Assembly (NCBI GenBank): GCA_048213135.1
Contig: PS015559.1
Span: forward strand, 1-52,798
Source of the DNA: Reclinomonas americana ATCC 50394
Lineage: Eukaryota
Length of the DNA: 52,798 nucleotides
Direction: 5' to 3'
Shown here piece after piece: positions 1 through 17,781 of the stretch; positions within the stretch are counted from its first letter, which is position 1; each line of letters opens with the position of its first letter. The translations under genes were made by a program, and so were the position numbers. The notes under the pieces are model-generated. The model was not told where the DNA came from, searched no databases, and saw only the letters and a list, made by a program, of their open reading frames with translations.

Positions 1-3000
1 GCGGCTGTGATGCCGATGGGCGCGGGCGCCACGTCTCCGAATGCGCCTCCGCCGACGCTGTACACCCAGAAGCCACCTAAATCGTCTCCCAAGTAATCCA
101 CCCGCCGATAGAATGCGCGTGAGAGTGTTTTCTGTGATGCGCTCGCTCGGTTGCCGGTTGCTAGTGGCGCCGGGTGAGTCTGCGGCTCGTTTCCTCCAGT
201 CGGTCGCAAGAATACATAAACCCTACCTCTCTCTCTCTCTCTTGTCTTTCACGCGTCACAACCAGTCTTGCAGTGCCACAGTTGGATCAGGGCAGTGCGA
301 CTGCCACACCTCGTCGAACACGTCACGAGCGAGCTCACTACGAGCCTCGCGTTGTACGGCTGTGGTGGGCGCACGGCAGTCAGCACGCGCGTCCCGTCAG
401 TGTGATCAGTTCTCCACGCAACTCGACTGCAGGTTGACGAGTTGCCGGGCGTGTCGTTGACGCGCTGTTTCCGCGGCCGCGCGTGCAATAGTCTCCAGCT
501 CGGCGGCCGTCAGTTGTGGATCCACAGTCGCTGCCTCCGCGGCCACCACTTCGCCTTCCGGGGTGGTGGCACGCAGAGTGCTAACTGGTGGCTCTACCGT
601 CGGGCGGTGCTCGTCGTCTGCGCTCGCCGACGATTGCGAGGCTTCGTCACTCTCGTCCCACTCGTCGCCGTCGTCAAAGTCATCGTCGCTGACCTCCTGC
701 GTGAAAGTGAGTTGCCGACTCACGCTCACCAGTCGGCACGCAAGCAAACAAACCTCCTCGATCTCGCTCAACGTCTCGTACTGGTCGTCGTCCTCCCACG
801 CCAGGTCGTCGGCCTGCTCCACCATGTGTGCACTGGAGGTCGTTGATGAGGCACGCAGACGTGATCGCGTCGATGACTTGCGGAGGAGGCGGGGTGTCGA
901 CGACGCCTCCGATCCCTCGTTGGGAGGCGGTACTGTCGGTGGTGGCGACGGTGCCGGCGGCGGCTGTGGCTCTTCACGCTTCCGAGCAATGCGCCGCACA
1001 TTCATGTCGGTAATGGCAAGGTTGGACTCGCCGGTGGAGACAATGGTGAAGCGCAGCTGCGGGTACGTCGTGTTGATGATGAACGGCACACCGAACTTGA
1101 CCTTGTAGCGCATCTCGGCCACGGCGCGGTATGGAATGCGCTCTCGCGCCCTGCACGGTGCTCAGCGACGACTCCTGCAGTGGTGAGCAATTCTTGCCAC
1201 CACACTCCCTTACCTGGCTCGCTTGATGATGGTCGACAGTCCCATGCGAAGTGGTGTCAGGTGCTCCGTCTGTACCTCGCCGGCGAGAACGTGACGCACG
1301 TCAAAGATCAGTCCGTGAGGCATGTTGGAGGTCACCACTGCCATTTCAAACACCAGATTCATCTCCTGTGAAACATATGACTGTGAGTGATGATTTCTAA
1401 CGTTGTGCGTGCGTCGCCGAGTAACGCAACCTCGTCCTTGTCGGTCTCCGGCTGATCAAACAGCATGTGACCGTCGACAATGATTTGCGGGTAGGACTTC
1501 TTGCGACAGTAGGCCAGCACGCGCAACTCGCCCAGCCCAATCTCTGGTGCCGCCACAACAAACTGTCAGTGACATTGACGGGCGTGAGGTGGAAGAGGGC
1601 ACACATGCGACGTACTGTGCGGTTGATACGGCTGCGCCTTGGAGAGCACCTCACACGAGAATCGCTGTTCCTTGAGTCGCGAGAAGACTGCAGCAAGTGC
1701 GTCAGAGAGAGTTACTCGCCGTTTGCGACAGCAACAACGAAACTGTTGGCAACCACTGCCCAGTGGGAGCGTTCCGGTGGCTGAAACCAGGTGTAGCGTG
1801 TGAACACTGGTTCCAGCCACTGTCGTGCCTCCTCACGCAGACGAGCAAACTCGAGCAGCGGTGGCGTCGTGCCCTTCAAGGCCAGCACGAGGAAACGGAG
1901 AAAGAGGTTCTACGTACGACCGTGAAGATGAGTGACACTGAGTGCAACTTTAGGGGGTTGGAGACGAGCGCGTACGTACGCGATGAGTGAAATCCATGTC
2001 GCCGGTGAACATGTAGTTGGCCACTGATGTGAGGTCGGCCGTGCGGTCCGACACGAATTCACAGACCATGCGCAGCGCACGACGATCTGCAGCCACTGTG
2101 AGCGATTGCACTCCCGCAACACAGTGCGTAGCACACATACCTCGCAACAGGCACTTGGCCAGCAAGAGTGCCGACAGGCCACACATCCAGTCGTCGCCCT
2201 GTTCGATGATCTCGAGAAGCGAGTGGAACACCAACTCGACATCGATCTCTTCGAGAAGCCATTCGGGTGCCCAGGCGTCCGCGCGGTGGAAGAAGAGCAG
2301 AAACTGCGGGTGGTACTTCCACAAGTGAGGGGAGGGAGGTGGCAACGTAACGACACTACGACGACGACGACGACGACGCACCTCGTTGTACCTCCGCAAT
2401 CGCTCACCCCGGCTGATCGGAACACCCGTCATTGTGACTCCCGAATAGAGCGCACGTAGCGACTCGAGTTGTTCGGGCCACAGGCGGCGCAGCTGCTCCT
2501 CCGGTGAGACATGCCATGAGAGTCAAGGAGTCGAGATGCATACGCATACCTCAAGTCGCGAAAACCGCCAGTCGAACTTGTCCATGTCCTTGAATTCTGC
2601 GTTTGACAATCTGTCAAACAACTGCCCAGATGTTCGCGCACATCGTCTGCCTCACCGTTTTGCAGCATCGGCACCACCACGCCCGCAAAGTTGGCGAAGA
2701 AATCAACGTACCTGCACGCTCTGTCATGCCACTGTGGCGAGCAACTGCTGGACGAGTGTCGACGCAACTCGCTGCTCCTCTCTGTGACACAGAAAATGTC
2801 GGCCACCTGCAACAGACTCTTGAAGAAATCAAAGTAATCCAGCGTCTGTGTGCCCTTGCCCAACACCGTCATCTCCGCCATCATGTCCTCCTGCACAAAA
2901 CACAAGCAACTGCAAAGTCAGAGAGCCCCTGACAGGATATCGTTGGCGCCATCGATAGTTCATGGGGGACACAACTCGAGCCATGAAGATAGCCTCTTCG

Positions 3001-4186
3001 CGACTGCAACCAGGCACCAGAGCCAGATTGATAATGGCCCATAAGCGCTCATACACCGGCGGACTGACACGTTCGCGTGACACCTGCGGCACTTGCGACC
3101 AGACCCGAATGACTTGCGCGTGCAGCGGCGCCATGTCAAAGTCGAAATCCTCGCGACCGGCCATGCGCAGCACATCCTCGGCCGAATACGTGGCCACATA
3201 GCGTGTCACGTTGTCTTCGGCGGCCGCTGCGATCGATCACTCGTGGTTGAACACCACGTCACAGGCGGGAGAGACCAAAGACAAGGTGTGACAGAGGACT
3301 GATTGCACGCAACACCACTTTTCCCAGCACAACGATTGGTGCTCGTCGTACACCTGATCCCACGCCGCTCGCAGCACACCAAAGCGCTCCGCTCGAGTGC
3401 GCGGACATCGCAGATTGTTGACAACTCGGTACATCCGAAACAGCACCTTACGAGAGAGGAGGTCAGCGATGGAGACGATTGACTGGCCTGGACAACCACC
3501 TCGCAGCGCGCAACATCGTCGGCAATCCGCACGGCGTCACTCTCCTCCGATCGGCGCGACGAGCTGGCGACACTCGACATTGGTGCTCCAGCGGCAGCAG
3601 CAGCAGCAGCAGCCTGCACCAGCGAGTGAGCACAAGTGAGCAAGACAACGTGCGCGCAGAATCGATTGCCCAACCTCGGCGGCGGCAATGAGCGGCACCG
3701 TCGCTCCCTGCAACGATGGTGTGGAACGACCCGATGGACTGGCATGCGCGTGTGTGCATGAGTGCATGAGATATGACCACAGGTGAGTGTGTGCGCGCGC
3801 AACTGCGAGGCGGGCGTGTCGGCGCCACTGTTGGAGGGACGTTGATCCAGCATCACAATGGATCGCCGCTGTTGCAGCGATGGCGTGTACTTGGGCGGTG
3901 ACGATGCCTTGCGTGTGAGGCGATGCATGCGTTCGACAGCGAGCACAGAGACGCCGCGTGGAAGGCGCTGTTGCAGTTGTACGCGATAGTCGGAGAGTGT
4001 GCGATGGAGACGACCTGTGTGCGACAGTGTGTGAGTGTCGATGCCACCACGCATTCGTGTGTGTGCTTGAGAGACTCGACTCTTGCGGTGAAACACATTC
4101 TTGCGCAGGCCGTCTTCGTCGCACAGCAGTGCTTGCCATGCAGTCAGCGGTCGCCAACCGACACCGCCACCGCTTGCGCTCGCCAT
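1..4186 (-). CDS. Multi-exon hypothetical protein, running off the left edge of the window; may be more than one gene
   Basis: Protein-like exon segments are separated by CA/CT-rich introns: MASASGGGVGWRPL (ATG 4186), RYVATYSAEDVLRMAG...YERLWAIINLALVPGCSREEAIFMA, EDMMAEM...FFKSLLQVADIF, YKVKFGVPFIINTTYPQLRFTIVS, and an acidic/Pro-rich stretch. No family recognised. Confidence 0.5.
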
Positions 4187-4306
4187 CAACAAACAATGAT
4201 GAGTGAAAATTGGGTTTTTTCTTTCACTCAACAACAACAACACAGGAACAACACCGCCGGTGCTCAGTGAGCGCACCACAGTGTCGGTGAGGCTGTGGCT
4301 GTTCAG

Positions 4307-7283
4307 TTAGTCGAACTCGATGAGGACCTCATCGGCCTGCACCGTGGAGCCCGGCTTTGTGTGCACGGCCTTGACGGTGGCGTCACGCTCGCAGCGCAAC
4401 ACATTGCGCATCTTCATGGCCTCCACAACCGCCATCTCTTGGCCCATCACAACCTGCTCGGCGAGGCGATGAGTGAATGGAAACGAGCAGAGCGCAATCA
4501 CGCAGAGACCGGCAAACGGACCTTGTCACCCGGTTGCACGTTGATGGACACCACAGAGCCGGGCATGGGCGACAGCAGCGACTTGGAGGTGTCGACCTTC
4601 TTGGGGATCGGCATGTAGCGGCGCAGCTCGTGCTCCGCAGGTGAGTCGACACGCACCGTGAACTGCATCGGCAGAGAGAGCAGTGAGCGACAACACACGT
4701 GAGGAGGAAAAAGCAGAAGTATGTGTGTGCACGCAACGTGCATGCCAAAGTATTGCAAAACAGCGCCCTGCGAGCCGCGGTTGTGCACCTGCACGACCAG
4801 CTCCTCCTCGCCGTCGAGAATGGCATCGAAAATGGCGCTGCCGGGGACCCAGTCGGTGTTGAGGGTCACCTGCTGATCGCCGACACGGACATTGAAGGCG
4901 CCGTTCTCGTCCTGCTCCACCGTCACCGCCTCCGCACTATCGTGCTCAGCGTGCGACACCTGGCCCTTGACGACGGTCACCATGTAGGAGCCGCGGTTGG
5001 CATCAGCATCCACCAGCGGGATCATGTGCTCCACCACGCTGTTGTTGAGCTGGTGCGTCTCGTACTGCAGCACAATGAGAAAACCGAGGCACAAATCAGT
5101 GATCGCCACCAGCTGGAGGACCCAAAAAACCACCCCGAGTACCTCCATGAGAGCAGCGGCCGCCTTCAGAATGATGCGCTGGCGCGGAATCAACACGTGA
5201 CCACCAAAGCCCTTCGGGTACTCCTCCGGGATGAACTTGGTGGTGATGGCACCGCTCAAGTAGCGCGGGTTCTCCAGCACGGCGCGCAAGAACGCGACGT
5301 TGTGGTTCACACCCTGCGATGCGACAGCACGATGTGAGCCCACCGCGCACTGCCAACGAGATCAACACATGACAGGCACACGTGCCTTGATCTGGTAGCT
5401 GTCGAGAGCCTTGCGCATGAGGGCAATCGACTGCTCGCGATTCTCTCCGTAGGTGATGAGCTTGCAGATCAGCGGATCGTAGAAAATGCTAATCTCAGAG
5501 CCCTCGAGAATGCCCGAGTCGCAGCGCACATTTGGGTTGCCCGACAGCGGCTCCTTGTAAGTGGTCAGACGGCCAATCGACGGCAGGAAGTTGCGGAACG
5601 GATCCTGCGGCGCAAGACAAGTTCAGAAAACACCAGGCCATGAAGGGAGACGGGGGGACAGCACAGACCTCGGCGTACACACGAGACTCGGTGGCCCAGC
5701 CGCGAATGCGAATATCCTCCTGGCGCACCGACAGCGGGTTGCCAGAGGCCGCCAGAATCATCTGCTCCACAAGATCCAGTCCGGTGATGAACTCAGTAAT
5801 GGGGTGCTCCACCTGCAGGCGGGTGTTCATCTCCAGGAAGTAGAAGTTGCGGTTCTTGTCGACGAGCATCTCCACAGTGCCGGCTGAGGTGTAGCCGACG
5901 GCCTTGCCGAGTCGCACCGCTCTGCCATCGTCCACACACACACGATTAACACGACGTCACACAAGAGAGAAAGAGGAATAGTAAAAAACGAGCGCAACTG
6001 CTCTCCCATGGCCTTGCGCGTGGCAGGATCCAGGAAGGTCGACGGCGCCTCCTCAATGACCTTTTGGTTGCGGCGCTGAATGGAGCACTCACGCTCCGGC
6101 AGGTACAGCTGTGAGGGAGAAAAAGGGGCATTGAGAACANNNNNNNNNNNNNNNNNNNNNNNNNNNNNNNNNNNNNNNNNNNNNNNNNNNNNNNNNNNNN
6201 NNNNNNNNNNNNNNNNNNNNNNNNNNNNNNNNNNNNNNNNNNNNNNNNNNNNNNNNNNNNNNNNNNNNNNNNNNNNNNNNNNNNNNNNNNNNNNNNNNNN
6301 NNNNNNNNNNNNNNNNNNNNNNNNNNNNNNNNNNNNNNNNNNNNNNNNNNNNNNNNNNNNNNNNNNNNNNNNNNNNNNNNNNNNNNNNNNNNNNNNNNNN
6401 NNNNNNNNNNNNNNNNNNNNNNNNNNNNNNNNNNNNNNNNNNNNNNNNNNNNNNNNNNNNNNNNNNNNNNNNNNNNNNNNNNNNNNNNNNNNNNNNNNNN
6501 NNNNNNNNNNNNNNNNNNNNNNNNNNNNNNNNNNNNNNNNNNNNNNNNNNNNNNNNNNNNNNNNNNNNNNNNNNNNNNNNNNNNNNNNNNNNNNNNNNNN
6601 NNNNNNNNNNNNNNNNNNNNNNNNNNNNNNNNNNNNNNNNNNNNNNNNNNNNNNNNNNNNNNNNNNNGACACAGACTCAAGAGAGACTCAGGGCAGAGAG
6701 GAGGGCATACCCTTCTCCAAACGCTCCACAAAGTGCGAGTTCTCCGACAGGAATCCGTAGCCGGGATGCACAGCCTCCGCGCCCGTGTCTCGCATGGCCT
6801 TGATGATGGCATCTTGGTTGAGGTAGCTCAAGCGAGTCGGCGGCGGTCCCTGCGTGACAAGAGGAGAGTGAGAGACAAGAGACATGATGATGAGAGAGAG
6901 GGGGGTGAGAGGAGAGGAGAGGAGAACGCAACAATGCACACGGCCTCGTCGGCCAATCGCACATGCTTGGCAAACTCATCGGCCTCCGAGTAGACAGCGA
7001 CCGTGCGAATGCCCATGCGACGCGCAGTGCGGAACACACGGCATGCAATCTCTCCGCGGTTGGCCACCAAGATCTTCTTGAACGTCTGCGCAGTGAGAGA
7101 GAAGGAGAGAGAGAAGGAGAAGAGTGAGCGGCCATTGCACCAACAAGACACAAGAGCACACACACGTGCCTTGACAGGGTAGTTGCACGGAGGCTCGACT
7201 TTGACAGGCGGCACACTCGACGTCGACATGCAGCGTGTCGTGGCCAGCGCCGCACGCGCCACGCGTTGCAGCAGCAACACCAT
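4307..7283 (-). CDS. PCCA: Propionyl-CoA carboxylase alpha subunit, mitochondrial (biotin carboxylase plus biotinyl domain); multi-exon, interrupted by gap 6140-6667
   Basis: Motifs [64 protein letters not shown] and the biotin site VVEAMKMRN. The Arg/Ala/Ser-rich N-terminus [20 protein letters not shown] looks like a transit peptide. Confidence 0.93.
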
Positions 7284-8125
7284 TGCGAAAGATGCGATTT
7301 GCGCGACGTCCTGCTGCATCAATTGCGTTTTTTTGTGTTGATTGGTGACGTTGCATGGATGATCATGCAACAGCTGTTTAACACGGGCGTTAGATTATAA
7401 ACAGCACAAACACGTGATCGCACATGGCGGATCAGTTAAACTCGATCTCTATTCTCGAACTTCGTGATGCAGCTTGGCCAATTGCAACTCATTGGTGCTC
7501 AAGGGTCCCTACACCGCTGTAAATGGCAGACCAGTGCCCTCCTTGCTGTGCTCAAGGGTCCCTACGTATACACCGCTGATGGATATGAACTACACACAGA
7601 GGGATTGAATTATACACGTAAAACACAATGGCTCGTGCGAAGAGAGCGAGCGCTCGAGGGTCATGTTTGTCGTCGCTCTCAGAGAAGGGGGGAGGGGGAG
7701 GTGGAAAAGGAAACNNNNNNNNNNNNNNNNNNNNNNNNNNNNNNNNNNNNNNNNNNNNNNNNNNNNNNNNNNNNNNNNNNNNNNNNNNNNNNNNNNNNNN
7801 NNNNNNNNNNNNNNNNNNNNNNNNNNNNNNNNNNNNNNNNNNNNNNNNNNNNNNNNNNNNNNNNNNNNNNNNNNNNNNNNNNNNNNNNNNNNNNNNNNNN
7901 NNNNNNNNNNNNNNNNNNNNNNNNNNNNNNNNNNNNNNNNNNNNNNNNNNNNNNNNNNNNNNNNNNNNNNNNNNNNNNNNNNNNNNNNNNNNNNNNNNNN
8001 NNNNNNNNNNNNNNNNNNNNNNNNNNNNNNNNNNNNNNNNNNNNNNNNNNNNNNNNNNNNNNNNNNNNNNNNNNNNNNNNNNNNNNNNNNNNNNNNNNNN
8101 NNNNNNNNNNNNNNNNNNNNNNNNN

Positions 8126-8990
8126 ACCCACCAGCACACGCGGCTGCCGGTCGCCGCCGTCACAGCTGCGGCGTCCGTGCCCGACACCGCGTTTTGGCTC
8201 GTCGGCTGGCGGCCAGGCCAGCTCGTCCTCGGAGGAGGAGGCCGTCGAGGCACCGGCGTAGGCGTCGGCAATGGCCTGCGTGGTGCGCATCTTGTACCGA
8301 ATGTAACCCGACACGTGGGTGGCGCCGTAGCGATCGAGAATGGCCGGATCGGTCCACTCCTTGCCGGTGATGCGCTTGCGGCATGTCTTGGTGCCGCACG
8401 TGCAGTCGAACGGCTCGCAGTTGATCACAAACGTCGCGTAATCGATGGTCAGTTGCTCGCCACGACGAATGGCGCGGCAGGCCACCGTGTTCAGTCCGTC
8501 CAACCACACATTCGGCTCGCACGAGTGATTAATCGGCTTCCAGTCCATGGGATTGGGCGACCACATGGCCCACACATCGTCGTTCAGTGGATACGCATAT
8601 GCGCGGAACCACTGCTGGTACAGTGGGCCCCACTCCTCGTCCACACGACGCTTGGAGACGAGGTAGTGCGGAGTGGTTTCCTGGCACGCAACGAGTATTA
8701 GAGAGAGAAGAGGAGGGATGCCAAAAGCGCTGAGCATACACACCTCCAGGTGATCGACCACCTCGCCAACATCAATGTCGCGCTTGGCGTACAGGCCGAA
8801 ACCCGATTGCCGCGAATGCCGCACTTCGACCACGTCGCGACGCATCTTTTCGGCGTGCCGGCGCATAGCCGAGCCGATAATGGCGGCCAGGAACGACTCG
8901 TGGCTCGCCTCCGGATCGCGATCCAGAATGAAATCAGCGCTGCCAAACAGACCCGGTGGATACTGCAACGCATCCGCGTCAGTCGCGGCG

Positions 8991-9021
<31 letters not shown>

Positions 9022-10570
9022 TACAATTACCCTGCCACCGACGCAACAAAGACTCCACACTGCGGGTTGATCTCCAAAAAGTACAACTCCCCATCGTGCT
9101 GGCTCAGACGCACGTCCAGGCGACCGTAGCCACGGCCGTTCAGACCCGAGAAGACCACCTTGGCCATTTCGCGCAGACGACGATCGATGCCTGGCTCCGT
9201 CACCGGGAACCACTCAATGCCCTCGTAGTCCACAAACTTGAGCTCGAAGTGCTTGAACGTTTCGCCCTCCGGGAAGCGGCACTCCACCTTGTTGACGGGG
9301 AAAGAAAAAGGGTCAGCCTTGGGAGCGGGAAACAAGCAGAGAGAGAGAGAAGGAGAGATACCGGCTGATACGTGATTGGATTGCTCTTGTCTTCGGCACT
9401 CTCGCTGACCAGCACCGTGAATTCGCGCCCGTCAATGAATTCCTCAATCAGAGTGCCACCAAAAGCATCGATAAACCGCAGCGCCTCGGCACGTAGTGAG
9501 TCCGCGTCCGTGACACGCGAATTCCTCGTCATGCCCACCGAATTGTAGCCACACGGGTGCTTGCACAGTAGTGGGTAACGCAGATCGGTGCCGGTCGCCG
9601 CCAGCTGCACCACCTCTTCCACGGCCTGTACAGAGCAATGAGGTGTGCGCACACAAGTACCATGACACTGAAAAAAAGTAGACACAAGTACCGCCGCATC
9701 GTAGCAAAAGCGCCATGCCGGCGTCCGCAGACCATGTGACACGACGACACGCTTCATGGCCTCACGTGACGGATCGTAAAAGTTGGTGTCGGCACCCGTG
9801 AACGGCACATTCAGGCGCTCGAGTGCATCGACCACCTCGGCACCAGCACGGTCCTCGTCCCATGCGCCGTCGCACAAGTTGAGGTAGCAGTCGTACTGCT
9901 TCTTGGCGATCTGCGTGATTTCCCTCACCGCCGACGCCTTTTTCACTGCGTACGTGTCTGCGCACAAAAAGAGAGAGAGAGGAAGGGTCAGTCGTGTGTG
10001 GTGCTGGTGGTGGCAGCGCGGTATGTGACGCAGTCGGGAATGTGGAATCGCATATCAGAGATCAAGTGCGAGATCATGCAGCGGCGGCAGAGGAGAGAGC
10101 GAACGAGCGAGTGAAGCGCAAGAGGGAACAGCAAAAGAGAGAGAGAGAGCGCGCGTGGATCGCAGCAACAGCAGTGGACACACGCCGGCGCGCGCGCACA
10201 CAGCAAAAAACCGGGCAGCAGCGACACAGCAGCCATCCACTTCGCATCTCTCTCTCTCTCCGCTCATCCTCGCACTCGCACTCCCTCCCTCGCTCTCTCG
10301 TAATCACACCGCTGTCATCCCTTTTACCTTTCATCACATGTCGCTCGCACAACGCACATACACACAGACAGACAGACAGTGAGGCAGCACAGACGACTCA
10401 CCAACAGTGTGCCCCATTCGCTCGAGCCAAATCTCGGGTTTGACATCTACGCAACGGTCAGTGAGAGACAGAAGAGACAGAGGAGAGAGACAGAGAGACG
10501 AACCGGGATCGAGTCCATTGCAAGGCGACACAGAGCCTTCATAAGACGACACCAGCACAGCGATTCGCAT
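8126..10570 (-). CDS. D-Ala-D-Ala-ligase-like ATP-grasp domain fused to SET and post-SET domains; 3' end runs into gap 7715-8125
   Basis: The N-terminus reads MRIAVLVSSY...YLNLCDGAWDEDRAG...LNVPFTGAD. ATP-grasp motifs: LIEEFIDGREFTV and GYGRLDVR...LYFLEINPQCG. SET motifs: GFGLYAKRDI, INHSCEPN, GEQLTIDY. Post-SET motif: FDCTCGTKTCR. Confidence 0.88.
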
Positions 10571-11004
10571 TCTGAAGAGAAAAATGTTCGCTGCATCAGA
10601 AAAAACGATATGCGATCAATCACACAATGCACACATCAGAGAGAGGAAAGAGAAAAACGAAAAGAGAGAGAGAGAAAAAGAGAGAGAAAGAACACAAGGA
10701 TGGCAAAACAAAGATGAATGGATACATGCTGCTCATGTGCAATGAGTGTGCAAGACAAGACAGAGTGTGTGCGCGAATTGTGTGAGAAGATAAAACACAC
10801 AAGAAGAAAAAAAGGTGTGTGAGTTGGAAACGTAACACACGACTGATAACAACGCGCAACTGTGACAGAGAGAGAGAGACACACAGACAGAGAGATGCAC
10901 ACACGTAATCACACCTTTTTCGAACTCAGTCTTCGTTGATTCGTCGGATAGGAAGTCACTCGCTCTCTCTTTGTTTGTGTGCGTTTTGTTTGTGAGAGAG
11001 TGCG

Positions 11005-13082
11005 ATGTGGTCGATCTTCACTGGTCGCTTCTGGGCCACGTGGCGCAAGCGCTTCTGTGAGCCAGAGACGCGTCGCGAGTATTGGGTTCCGTAACAACAC
11101 CCACACAAGAGAGAGAGTGAGAGAGTGTGATGCTCATCTCCTTTGTTGTTGTTGCTTGTGTGTGCTTATGTGTGCAGGCGATTGAGGGCCACCGCATCAT
11201 CTTCATTTTGCTCTATGTCGCCGGCAACATGGCTGTGTTGCGTTTCTCTCACACACACGCGCACTTGCACACACGCACGCACTTTCTTCTTCACTCTGTT
11301 CTCTCTCTCTCTTTCACACACACACTCTCTCACACACACAACATGCATGCATCACTGTGAGAGCGTCGTTACCGTCCGCATCATGATTGCGCGGACAATA
11401 AGATTCTCCTCTCACTCTCTCTCTCTCTGTGCGTATGTCTCACAGTGGCGCAGTGTGGTTGTACTGTTGCGTCCGTTTGTGTGAACGCTCGTGCGCGAAC
11501 ATGCAGTTGAGCCAACTCACGCTTGTGAATGTATGTTTTGTGTATGGTGTGCTTTTGGTGTGCTTTTGGTGTACTTTTGGTACGTGTTTGGTATGCTTCT
11601 CGTGTGTTTTGTTGTGTTTGTGCAGATTACTGGGCTGCCCCTCCGTGGATCAAGGTTGCTCGGTGAGTGCGACTCGGTGCTTTTTGTTGTTGCTGTTGTT
11701 GCTTCTGTGCTCACGTGTTGTGCAGTTTCTTTGGAGGCATGTTAAATCTCAACTGCGCGGCGATTCTGTTCGGTGTCATGCGAACCTTCTTGTCATGGTA
11801 TATTCCCCCATGCATTTTTCTATTCCGTGTGTGTTTTGTGTGTGTGACTGATGTGTGTGCGCGCAGGCTACGCACGATTCGCATTTCGTCGTTTATTGAC
11901 CTGGATGTGAATATCGAGTTCCACATCAAGGTCGCGTACTGGATCGCCATTTGTGGCGCGGCTCACGGGTAGCGTGCTGTGTCTTTCTCTCCTTCCGTTT
12001 CCCCCCTGCTAATTACGGTCTCTCCTTCTTGTCGATGCAGCATGGCGCACTATTTTAACTATGTTGCGTGACGGTGGCCTCCATCCCAGTCGCACACACA
12101 CTCGCGACTGACTTTTGTTGTTGCTGATTGTTTTTTATGCAGTCGTGCTGCTCGCCGCTGTACAACCCCGCAAGTTCAGCTGTTGTGCTCCGCTGTCGTT
12201 CACGACCTGACTCGACTCACTCACTGTTTTTTCTGTTGTGCCGTCAGGTCCGATTTACAGCCCCGCCGATGCGTCGTGGACCAATCGTTTTGGTGTGACG
12301 GGCGAACTGCTGGTGATTGTCATGGTGCCAATGTACGCCGCCGCGCACTCGGGATACCGCCAGACGCACAATTTCAGCGTCTTCTGGGTCGTGCATCACC
12401 TGTTTATCGCCTTTTATGTGCTGCTGTTGGTGCATGGTTCGTGCTGATTGAGAAGTATCTGTGTGTGTCTCTCTCCATTCGCGTTGCTCACTTGTGCCCT
12501 CCGCTCGCACAGGCCGCAACTTTTGGCACTGGTTCATTGGCCCCGGCACCCTGTACGTCATTGAACGCATCCTGCGCATCTTCCGCGGTCACGTCAAGAC
12601 GTCAGTGGTGGAGGTTCGACTGTGTTAGTTATTCCACCTGTTGTTTCTCGTCGACTGATCTAAGTATCCTACCGCAGGTCCGCTATCTCCCCTCCAATGT
12701 GATCCACGTCATTCTGCAAAAGGAGGGCTTCAAGTCCAAGTCTGGCCAGTACGCCTTTATCAACTGCAACGCCATCAGCTACCACGAGTGGCATCCGTTT
12801 ACCATCACCTCGTGCCCCGACGATCAGTACCTCGAGTTCCACATTCGTTGCGTCGGTGACTGGACCCGAGCGCTTGCGGAGCACATGAACCCCGATCGCA
12901 AGCAGGTCGTCCACTTTACGCCAGTTCCGTTGCTCCATCACTCTACTCGCTGTGTGCGTCGCTCGTGTCAGCTCACATTGATGGGCGTCAGGAAAAATCG
13001 CCGCTCATGATGATTGATGGACCGTTTGGAGCGCCGGCCGAGCATTTCTGGGCGTATGACTACCTCGTGTTGATTGGTGCCG
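11005..13082 (+). CDS. NADPH oxidase catalytic subunit, NOX2/NoxA type with no N-terminal EF hands; C-terminal NADPH-binding part lost in gap 13149-13562
   Basis: Spliced translation begins MWSIF...RREYW|AIEGHRIIFILLYVAGN. Heme His pairs lie in FHIKVAYWIAICGAAHG and HHLFIAFYVLLLVHG. FAD/NADPH motifs: GQYAFINC, EWHPFTITS, HIRCVGDWT, IDGPFGAP, VLIGAG. Confidence 0.92.
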
Positions 13083-13562
13083 GTGAGTGCAGTGATGTGT
13101 GCACCGAGTTCAATGTGTGTGTACCCCCACCCAATCTTTGTTCCCTTCNNNNNNNNNNNNNNNNNNNNNNNNNNNNNNNNNNNNNNNNNNNNNNNNNNNN
13201 NNNNNNNNNNNNNNNNNNNNNNNNNNNNNNNNNNNNNNNNNNNNNNNNNNNNNNNNNNNNNNNNNNNNNNNNNNNNNNNNNNNNNNNNNNNNNNNNNNNN
13301 NNNNNNNNNNNNNNNNNNNNNNNNNNNNNNNNNNNNNNNNNNNNNNNNNNNNNNNNNNNNNNNNNNNNNNNNNNNNNNNNNNNNNNNNNNNNNNNNNNNN
13401 NNNNNNNNNNNNNNNNNNNNNNNNNNNNNNNNNNNNNNNNNNNNNNNNNNNNNNNNNNNNNNNNNNNNNNNNNNNNNNNNNNNNNNNNNNNNNNNNNNNN
13501 NNNNNNNNNNNNNNNNNNNNNNNNNNNNNNNNNNNNNNNNNNNNNNNNNNNNNNNNNNNNNN

Positions 13563-17781
<4,219 letters not shown>

